Of a stretch of 64,000 nucleotides of DNA, positions 56,821 through 64,000 are shown in pieces; the first letter of the stretch is position 1, and each line of letters starts with the position of its first letter. A model generated the notes under the pieces. That model was not told the origin of the DNA. It saw nothing but the letters and a program-made list of their open reading frames with translations, and did no database searches. A program made the position numbers and the translations under genes. Origin of the DNA: Candidatus Heimdallarchaeum endolithica (GTDB lineage: Archaea > Asgardarchaeota > Heimdallarchaeia > Heimdallarchaeales > Heimdallarchaeaceae); assembly GCA_021513715.1 (NCBI GenBank), contig CP084167.1:1408001-1472000 (forward strand). Reading direction: 5' to 3'.

Positions 56821-58310
56821 CGGAAGGAAGTATAAAAGGTGAGACTAAAGTGTTGTCCAGTAAGATAATCAACTAGTGTAGATGCTCGGGGACGAAAAAG
56901 AAAACGAAGAAACAATTTCCCGATGTTGATTGCACAGGTAAGGTCAGAGTGAAGAGTATAATGGCAATGAGAACAATAAACAAGACCTCTAACAGGTCGA
57001 ATAGTCTTTCGTCCACATTTTGAGCAAAGAGAAGAGGTAAGATATTCCTGTAAGGTGAGGATACGTTCGGGTTCTAACCCATTTAGAAGACACATTCGTC
57101 GAAGAAGAGTAACTATTTGGTAGTAATTCCACGGGTGAACCTTTTTACGAGTAAAACGGGTAGAGGAGTTCTGTGGTCTGTAGTCTTGATTCATTACTTT
57201 TTTTCTTAATTTCGAGTGTACTCCCTTGGGGTAACCAACAACAACGACTAAATTATAATCCTGTGTAAGTTCAACAATATCTTTCCACAACTCATTAATA
57301 AAAGCATATAAATAAGCATGAGAGAGCGTCTGATATCTTTTTCTTAATTTTTTTAATGTTTGATATCCTTTATTGCTTCTTTTGTCTTTACATGTATTCT
57401 TCTTTTTTGCAAGTTTTCGTTGCAATCTTCTTATTTTCTGTTGATAGATATACTTCCTTTTTTTCCATTCTTTCATTTTCCAGAAGAAAATATGATTGGG
57501 AGATATTTTACCTGTTGATGTTAATAACACTCCTGCTCCAGGTATTTTTTCTCCCAGATCTATTCCCAGCACAGCTGGAGGAAGAAGAGAAGGGTCAACT
57601 TTTTTTTTCTTGTAGAGATCTGCTTGAGGAATAATTGTTATCTGAAAATTTACCCACCAACTGTTTTTTTGTGAGTTATATTTTAATTCTAGACTTTTTA
57701 CTTGTCCTTTTCTTATTTCTTTTTGGTGATATTCACTCATTTCTAGTGGTATCCATAGTCTTCGATGTGTTCGTTTTTTTCTTTTTTGTGTGTCTAATGA
57801 GTCTCTTATCCCTACCCAGCAACGAGAAAGAGTGTTTTTCCCTTTAGGCAAATGTTCTATGATAAATCTATTTTTATTGATTAGTTGTTTTCTTGTTCGT
57901 TTTACTGGTGGTAAAATATATCCTTTTTTTCTTTTTCTATTCTTTTTTTTGTTATATCCTTGTTCATAAAGTTGTACTGCTACATCTCTACACTCTTGAA
58001 ATTCATCGTGAGAACAATTAGGAAACTTTTTTTTGAGATCATAGGGTACAACTGTCCTTTTTTTCTTATTTGTTTTCTTTGTTGTTGTTAGTGTTAGTTC
58101 ATCTAACTTGCCTTTATGCACTTTTAGTCTTATCTCTCCTTGTTTGCTTATTTTTCTTATTACTTTTTCTTCTTCTTTTCTTATTATTTTTACATATTCT
58201 TCTATTATTCTAGTATCTCTTCCTGTTATCTTTCTCATTCTATCTTTTTTGAACTTCGTTAATTTTTCTGTTTTTACTCTTACTCTTAATGTTCTCACTA
58301 TTTTCTCCAT
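56796..58310 (-). CDS. tnpB: RNA-guided endonuclease TnpB with rearranged RuvC-II
   Basis: RuvC-I VLGIDLG; RuvC-II position VVVGYP (no Glu); alternative Glu in QEYLTSSLCSKC; CSHC; RuvC-III HSD...AINI. Confidence 0.9.
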   Translation of the reverse strand: MEKIVRTLRVRVKTEKLTKFKKDRMRKITGRDTRIIEEYVKIIRKEEEKVIRKISKQGEIRLKVHKGKLDELTLTTTKKTNKKKRTVVPYDLKKKFPNCSHDEFQECRDVAVQLYEQGYNKKKNRKRKKGYILPPVKRTRKQLINKNRFIIEHLPKGKNTLSRCWVGIRDSLDTQKRKKRTHRRLWIPLEMSEYHQKEIRKGQVKSLELKYNSQKNSWWVNFQITIIPQADLYKKKKVDPSLLPPAVLGIDLGEKIPGAGVLLTSTGKISPNHIFFWKMKEWKKRKYIYQQKIRRLQRKLAKKKNTCKDKRSNKGYQTLKKLRKRYQTLSHAYLYAFINELWKDIVELTQDYNLVVVVGYPKGVHSKLRKKVMNQDYRPQNSSTRFTRKKVHPWNYYQIVTLLRRMCLLNGLEPERILTLQEYLTSSLCSKCGRKTIRPVRGLVYCSHCHYTLHSDLTCAINIGKLFLRFLFRPRASTLVDYLTGQHFSLTFYTSFRGLNQWLK

Positions 58311-58403
58311 TTTCTAATCCTTTTTCTTCTTCACTTTCTTTTCTCTATTTATTAATTAAGCAATTTATTTAAAAACCTAAAGAATTTATACAAAAAATTT
58401 TTT

Positions 58404-58839
58404 CATGGGGGTGAAGAATTGAAGCACCTACATCTTTTCCAAAATTTTCGAACGGAAGAATATATTTTATTTTTTTATCTTCTTTTAGCTGTTTTGTTGC
58501 TTCTATCCATTTTTCAAAAATTGAGAGGATTTCATCTACCTTTAACTCATGAAATTTCTTACCATGGTCAGCACTATAAACTAGAACTTCACATTTACCA
58601 TAAGCACTTTTAGACTTATACAACTGATCCTCTTCTTTGCTCCAATAATCTACCTCTAAAGATAAGCTCGGGAATTTATTATCCAATCGAATAGGTTTAT
58701 TGATAAGGTCTTTGACTTCCTCAGAACCTTTACAAAAAGGGCAGAAATCCTTTTTCCTATCAGGTCTTCTTTGTCTTTTGGGTGCATAAATGATCCATTC
58801 ATCAAAAAAATAATTGTACCTAAGTTCACCCTCTGTCAT
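58404..58839 (-). pseudogene. galT: galT 5' fragment
   Basis: ELRYN, R..RP, CPFC, NKFP, G.CEV..YS..H and FENFG..VGAS..HPH, truncated at the insertion. Confidence 0.92.
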
Positions 58840-58934
58840 TATTCTAAAAACGTGAAATTGATTTTTAACTATTTACTTAATCACAGATAAATTCATTCAT
58901 TTTTATCCCAAAAACTTTTATTTAGAGCAAAAAG

Positions 58935-60170
58935 ATGAATACTGTGTATGGTACTTTAATTTTACATGCAAACCTTCAATATGCAGAAATAGCAAAATCT
59001 GAAATACCAAATGTGGTCAATAGGAGTTATATTCCTGTAATTTCAGAACTGATTGATAAACCTAAAGTTCAAGTTGCTTTCAACTTTACAGGAGTAACTT
59101 TAGAGATTTTGAGTAATGAATATCATGAAGTTATTGATCTTTTAAAAGAAGGAATAAAGAAAAAGAAGTTTGAGTTAACTGGTTGTGGATATTCACATCC
59201 CATATTACCTCTTCTTCCTATTAATGACATAAAAAAACAAATAGAATACAATGAAGCTGTACTTAAAGATGTTCTCAGCTATAAGCCCACAGGGTTTTGG
59301 CTACCAGAATTGGCTTACGACCCCACTTTACCTAGAATATTGAAAGAATATGGTTATTCATACATTTTCATTGATGATGATTTGTATTCCAACAGTGAAG
59401 AATTAAAGAATATTGCTAACCCCTATAATTATCTCAGACCCAATTTAGAAGCTTTCATTTCCGAATTTCTTAAAACTAAAAGTTTGGTGAAAAAGTTTTT
59501 CCAATTCATTAAAATCAAAAAAGAGATACTTGATAGATGTAAAAAACAAGACTTTTATCCTGTTGAATTAAAAGGAGTAGGAGACACGATCACAGGGATT
59601 AGAGCACCAAGAGCATGGTTTGTGCTAACTTATTCTGCATTAATGAACTATCCTACAATTAATATTAATACTATCAAAAAAATGCTTTCTTATCAAAAAA
59701 ACAAAAATGGATTAATAGTTCTTTATGCAATGGATCTTGAGTTTTTTGGTTATAGAAGTTACATTGATGGACATTTAGTTGATCACAAAGACTTGGGAAA
59801 TATGTTAAGTAAATTAGCAAAAAATGACGAATTTAAATTAATTTTACCGAGTGATTATCTTCAGAAATTTAAACCAAAGAAAATAGGTTATATGAGAACA
59901 GGTAGTTGGGCACCATATGGTTCACTAGATATTTGGACAAAAGATGAAGACAATAAGAAACTAGAAAGATTATGTGAGGATGTTCGGATGTATTTAAATC
60001 ATCTTCCCCCTTCAGAAGAAAAAGAGAAAATATGGAAGTTACTATTACTCGCTGAAAATTCTGATGGAAGAGGATGGGATCCAATTCCAGAGAGAAGATT
60101 AGATTGTTTCTCTTATGCAGTGGAAGCGTTAAACAGAGCAAAAAAAGAGTACGAAGACACTATACTTTAA
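58935..60170 (+). CDS. GH57 family glycoside hydrolase, probable alpha-galactosidase
   Basis: HANLQYAEI, Y.HPILPLL, GFWLPELAY (nucleophile), D.EF.G and AENSD.RGW; divergent from galT and close to galK. Confidence 0.85.
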   Translation: MNTVYGTLILHANLQYAEIAKSEIPNVVNRSYIPVISELIDKPKVQVAFNFTGVTLEILSNEYHEVIDLLKEGIKKKKFELTGCGYSHPILPLLPINDIKKQIEYNEAVLKDVLSYKPTGFWLPELAYDPTLPRILKEYGYSYIFIDDDLYSNSEELKNIANPYNYLRPNLEAFISEFLKTKSLVKKFFQFIKIKKEILDRCKKQDFYPVELKGVGDTITGIRAPRAWFVLTYSALMNYPTININTIKKMLSYQKNKNGLIVLYAMDLEFFGYRSYIDGHLVDHKDLGNMLSKLAKNDEFKLILPSDYLQKFKPKKIGYMRTGSWAPYGSLDIWTKDEDNKKLERLCEDVRMYLNHLPPSEEKEKIWKLLLLAENSDGRGWDPIPERRLDCFSYAVEALNRAKKEYEDTIL

Positions 60171-60189
60171 TTTATATTGCGTTCTAGAG

Positions 60190-61050
60190 TTACTCTTTAT
60201 AATTAATTATTGCTTCTGCAACTCTTATTGCTTCAAGAGTTTCTTTTACATCATGAGTTCTAAAGACATGAGCTGAATTAATCAAAGCGACGACAGAAGC
60301 ACCTATTGAACCATACAATCTGTCTTCAGGAGGAGCATTATTCAATATCTTTCCGATAGATGTCTTTCTACTAATTCCCACATAAATTGGTTTTTCAAGG
60401 GTTCTAAATTCTTTTAATTTCTTAATTATTAGATAGTCATGATGGTAGTCTCTAGCTTCCCATGAACCTATCCCAGGATCAACAGAAATTTTATTCTTAT
60501 TTATCCCAGCGTCTAAGCCTACATTAAGAGATTTTTTTAATTCTTGAATTATTTCTGGGATTAAGAAGACATCTCCAGGTTCTTTTCTTGCAGCCATTAG
60601 TACTGCTGAAGCGTCATAATCAGCTATTAAGTCAGCAAGTTTAGGGTCTTTTTTAAATCCAGAAATATCATTAATTATTTGTACTCCTCTTTTTAGCGCA
60701 AGTTCGGCTACATTATATCTCATTGTATCAACAGAAACTTCAACATTAGAATAACTTGAAACCACATCTAACACGACATGAAGAGCGTTTTTAATCATTT
60801 CTTGTTCTGTTAAAGCATCGACTCTCCCTTCTCCCCCATAAATTTGAATGGGTCGAGTAGACTGAGCACCAATATCAATGCAAGAAGCTTCATCATTGAT
60901 CATTTGCATTGTAACTTTTCCAAGTTCTTCTTTGGAAGTTTTTATTGACCCCTTATAAAATGAAGCTTCTGAAATATTTATTATTCCAACAATACAAGCA
61001 GGAAGTCCATCACCGACTTCAATTTTTCCTAAATAACCTTTAATACTCAT
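60190..61050 (-). CDS. folP: Dihydropteroate synthase
   Basis: GIIN.S..SFY, IDIGAQSTRP, SVDT, INDISG, DPGIG, G.SRK and R.HDV. Confidence 0.95.
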   Translation of the reverse strand: MSIKGYLGKIEVGDGLPACIVGIINISEASFYKGSIKTSKEELGKVTMQMINDEASCIDIGAQSTRPIQIYGGEGRVDALTEQEMIKNALHVVLDVVSSYSNVEVSVDTMRYNVAELALKRGVQIINDISGFKKDPKLADLIADYDASAVLMAARKEPGDVFLIPEIIQELKKSLNVGLDAGINKNKISVDPGIGSWEARDYHHDYLIIKKLKEFRTLEKPIYVGISRKTSIGKILNNAPPEDRLYGSIGASVVALINSAHVFRTHDVKETLEAIRVAEAIINYKE

Positions 61051-61858
61051 CTTTTTCTTTCTCCACTTTTTCTTGTATACAGCTGAATAAAGGACCTATA
61101 AACATGCAATTTTTTGCAGAGATAAGTTTATTTATATTTTTCTCGTCCTTATCTTCAATCTTTATCATTGGATATCCTCTAATAATTACAAAAGGTATTT
61201 GTTCATTGGTTTCTCCCATTAATAGTTCAGCAGCTGTAGCTAGTTGATCAGCAACAGCTCTTTGAGTGATATGCATTTCTCTATTAAAGAGATCTTTTCT
61301 TCCTCTCTCATCAAGAATTGCCTCAAACCCATAAGTTCCTAAAGCACATCCTACTGTTCCTAATCTCATAGGCATAGTTCTAGAGTCAGCAATAATAACT
61401 CCTATCTCTTTTTTTGTGATTTTTGTTAATGCATCATGAATCCTTTTTGCAGATTTTTTACTATCTTTTGGAAGAAGGACCACTCTTTTTTCTCCTACAT
61501 TTGATTGGTCAGCTCCAGCATTAGCTAGTAACCCATATTCATTATACGTTGTTATTGCTCCTGGAACAGTTCCAATGTAATTATAATTACATTCCTCTAG
61601 AATTATTTGTGCGAACTCAGCAGGCATTTTTGCTTTTTCTGCTATTTTTCTTGCAATAGGTTTTACTCTTTGTTCAATATCATTAAAATCTACAACATTC
61701 TTCTCTGAAAATGAGACAACTTTACTTGCAAATACTATAATATCATTATTTTCTATTTTCTCATTTTTCTTTTCCAATGATTTTAGAAAAATATCAATTA
61801 GATCATCACCAACAGCTATAATTTTTACTGCTGGTATTGGAATAATTTCTATGTTCAT
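61040..61858 (-). CDS. cofE: CofE-family gamma-glutamyl ligase
   Basis: GDDL, ASKVVS, ANAG.D.SN, LLP.D...SA, IIADS, DLF.R....T..AVAD.LA..A.LLMGE. Confidence 0.92.
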   Translation of the reverse strand: MNIEIIPIPAVKIIAVGDDLIDIFLKSLEKKNEKIENNDIIVFASKVVSFSEKNVVDFNDIEQRVKPIARKIAEKAKMPAEFAQIILEECNYNYIGTVPGAITTYNEYGLLANAGADQSNVGEKRVVLLPKDSKKSAKRIHDALTKITKKEIGVIIADSRTMPMRLGTVGCALGTYGFEAILDERGRKDLFNREMHITQRAVADQLATAAELLMGETNEQIPFVIIRGYPMIKIEDKDEKNINKLISAKNCMFIGPLFSCIQEKVEKEKDEY

Positions 61859-61893
61859 TGAAATGTGAAAAAAAAGAGTAAATAAAAGAGTAT

Positions 61894-62979
61894 TTATTCT
61901 TTCTTGAAGAATTTCACTCCTTCATCAACATTGACTGCCCATACAGGCAAAGATAATTCATTTCTTAATTTAGAAGCGATAGAATCCTTTTCATCATTAT
62001 ATGTTAGAATAACTACACATCCTCCGAGACCAGCTCCTGTTAACTTTCCTCCTAAAGCTCCAAATTTTATTCCGAGATTAACTATTTTGTCTAATATGGG
62101 GAGAGAAACACCTATTCCTTCTCTTAATGCAGTTTGTTGAGATGTTAGTAAAGAGCCTAAAAACTTTAGATCTGGATTGTATTTACTTAACTCAACTTCT
62201 GCTTTCTCTGTATCATCTCTAATTGAAACAATAGCTTTCAACAATTCATAGTCAGTAGAACTAAATTCTAGCTTATACTTTTCTAGTTGTTCCATTGTTA
62301 TTTCTCTTATAGAAGTTGAACTTTTCTTGAAAAGATCGAAGACTACTTTTTTGCTTTTAGTTACAATTTTACTATGTACATCATTAGTTTTTTTAGGAAC
62401 ACAACTATTTACTACTACTATTCCAAGATCTGGATGATCAAATATTTGAAATTTAACTTTATTCTCGTCTTTTAAGTCTAAACTTATAATTGAACCTATT
62501 GCAGATGAATATTGATCCATTTTTCCACACGGAATTTTAAGTATATCATGTTCAGCAATATAAGCCAGTTCTGCAACAGTTTGGTGATCTATTTTTATAT
62601 TGGAAGAATGAGCTATCAAACTTATCCAACCGACAAGTAATGCAGCTGAACTAGATAGTCCACTTTCTAGAGGTATCTCACTTGAAATTTCAACATCTAA
62701 AGGAACAAAATTTTCATCCGGGAATTGTTTTTTTAAACTCAAATATCCAGCTTCTAGATAAGAAAGAAAAGAAGAGTTAGCAGATAATTCATTTAAAGAA
62801 GTTGGAATGATTACAGATTGCTGCAAATCTAGCGATTTCACACGATAACACAATTGTTCTGTGCTATTGGCATAAAATAAAAGGCGTAAGTTTATTGCTG
62901 CAGGGATTACTTTTAATTGCAAGTAATCTTGATGTTCTCCAAATAAACACACTCTAGCAGGAGCAGATGCAAATAACAT
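61894..62979 (-). CDS. galK: Galactokinase (GHMP kinase)
   Basis: APARVCLFGEHQDY, P..SGLSSSAAL, E......CG.MDQ and G.KLTGAG.GG. Confidence 0.88.
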   Translation of the reverse strand: MLFASAPARVCLFGEHQDYLQLKVIPAAINLRLLFYANSTEQLCYRVKSLDLQQSVIIPTSLNELSANSSFLSYLEAGYLSLKKQFPDENFVPLDVEISSEIPLESGLSSSAALLVGWISLIAHSSNIKIDHQTVAELAYIAEHDILKIPCGKMDQYSSAIGSIISLDLKDENKVKFQIFDHPDLGIVVVNSCVPKKTNDVHSKIVTKSKKVVFDLFKKSSTSIREITMEQLEKYKLEFSSTDYELLKAIVSIRDDTEKAEVELSKYNPDLKFLGSLLTSQQTALREGIGVSLPILDKIVNLGIKFGALGGKLTGAGLGGCVVILTYNDEKDSIASKLRNELSLPVWAVNVDEGVKFFKKE

Positions 62980-63101
62980 TAGATTTGAAATCTGTAGACA
63001 GCTATTAAGTTTTTCTAAAAAATAATATCTAAATTAATAACTTCTGTCCTTAAAGGAACTAGAAAAACTAATAAAGATAGACTCTTCAAGTCATACAACA
63101 A

Positions 63102-64000
63102 ATGAAAATTTTGGAAAATCTCTTCAATGTCAATCTTTACTTAAATAAGGAAAATATTGATATAAGAAGTAAAGAACCACTACGAGATCCGTGGGTACAA
63201 ATTTACATTCCTGAGCTTTATATAACGTCTGAGAGAATAAATAAAGGCGTTGCAGACATTATTGAAAAAGTTTTAATTGGAAATTGTATATGTTCTATAA
63301 TTGGAGATTTTAAATCTGGAAAAACTTATTTAGCAAAACTTTTAGCTGAAGGTTTCAAACAAAGTCTCCATGAATATTGTTCATACAACAAATTCTATGT
63401 TATTTTTTTAACTCCTGATAACTTTCCAGAAAGATATTCACTTTCAAATTTTATGAGAATTATTTCACAAGAAGTTTTGGGAAAATATTATCAAAGTAAA
63501 GAAAAAATTATTGTTGAACTCAAAAAACACATCTCAGAAGAAAACGCATTACTAATTATATTCATTGATAATTTTACTAAAGAATCGCTTTTACAGATTC
63601 TAAGTGATAGTTTAAAACTAACAAAGTTATTGAAAAATCATTATTCATGTATTTTCAGCTGCAGTCGTTCTGATTACGAACTATGTACACAATCCTTAGG
63701 ACAAAGGCTTACTTCAACATGTACATCATGTTTTCATATTCCAAGTTTTGATTTAGAACAAACCTCAAAATTATTACAGACAAGATTAAACTATGCGTAC
63801 ATGAAATCAAACATTGAGGTATCAAACATCTTTGATAAAGATGTATTGGAGAAAGCATGGATATATTCTGATGGAAATCCGTGGATATTACTGGCTTTAT
63901 TCTCAGACTCTTTTGCATATGCTAAATCAGTAGGAGCAAATAAAGTTACTGAAAAACATTTAGACAAAGTGCACTCACTATTTTCTAGAAAGAGATTCAT
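63102..64000 (+). CDS. P-loop AAA+ ATPase (ExeA/AAA_22 or Cdc6-like), 3'-truncated; absent from the ORF track
   Basis: Manual translation from ATG 63102 stays open to the window end: Walker A GDFKSGKT, Walker B IIFIDN, lid YSDGNPW and VTEKHL. Confidence 0.8.
   Translation, partial: MKILENLFNVNLYLNKENIDIRSKEPLRDPWVQIYIPELYITSERINKGVADIIEKVLIGNCICSIIGDFKSGKTYLAKLLAEGFKQSLHEYCSYNKFYVIFLTPDNFPERYSLSNFMRIISQEVLGKYYQSKEKIIVELKKHISEENALLIIFIDNFTKESLLQILSDSLKLTKLLKNHYSCIFSCSRSDYELCTQSLGQRLTSTCTSCFHIPSFDLEQTSKLLQTRLNYAYMKSNIEVSNIFDKDVLEKAWIYSDGNPWILLALFSDSFAYAKSVGANKVTEKHLDKVHSLFSRKRF

Larger units (their letters stand above)
56621..58403 (-). mobile_element. Non-autonomous TnpB element (1783 bp) with terminal inverted repeats and CATG duplication
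   Basis: CATG at 56617-56620 and 58404-58407. Ends read CATGAGTTAATTTTTTGTACAATT and CATGAAAAAATTTTTTGTATAAAT (19/24, inverted). Removing the element plus one CATG restores galT HPH-GQ. Confidence 0.9.

Noticed and set aside
56605-58415. TnpB element as a spliced bulge-helix-bulge intron or IStron restoring galT mRNA
   Set aside because: The ends can pair (7-bp helix, 3x3 loop, 11-bp helix), but none of the five cut registers that would restore galT gives a 4-bp central helix with two 3-nt bulges. No group I intron core is evident, and galT has a further frameshift.
1203-63918. Numerous 60-170 aa ORFs antisense to or nested in assigned genes (for example 1203-1481, 30856-31269, 33302-33811, 57356-57634, 63709-63918)
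   Set aside because: Shadow ORFs overlapping well-supported genes, with no motifs.

Overview
A low-GC (roughly 30% by eye), gene-dense archaeal chromosome window. It is most consistent with an Asgard archaeon (Heimdallarchaeia-like), inferred from a Rag-type GTPase-roadblock fusion, S30e, a TFE-beta/RPC34-like protein, SMC5/6-like genes and many surface proteins ending in a TM helix plus basic tail. The left third is housekeeping: an HMG-CoA synthase/thiolase/DUF35 cluster, rps8e, gar1, srp19, TFE-beta, rlmE, trm1, rnhB, nop5, fibrillarin, elp3 and rps30e. The middle holds transport, surface and metabolic genes. The right end holds a galactose cluster (galT, GH57 alpha-galactosidase, galK) and cofE-folP. 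Main highlights: (1) a four-gene overlapping operon at 48042-52726 resembling a prokaryotic SMC5/6 complex (SMC, Nse4-like kleisin, KITE and a stand-alone RING-like gene), where KITE plus RING read like an unfused eukaryotic Nse1; (2) a solo TnpB with the Fanzor-type rearranged RuvC site, in an element with terminal inverted repeats and a CATG duplication, inserted at the catalytic His codon of galT; (3) a thiolase in the mevalonate cluster with three catalytic residues replaced; (4) a subtilase with Site-1 protease (MBTPS1)-like architecture; (5) an unassigned ~206-nt structured RNA candidate; (6) two copies of a 110-bp MITE with 6-bp TSDs and an IS481 copy with a 16-bp TSD. All homology calls come from motif recognition by eye; no searches were run.
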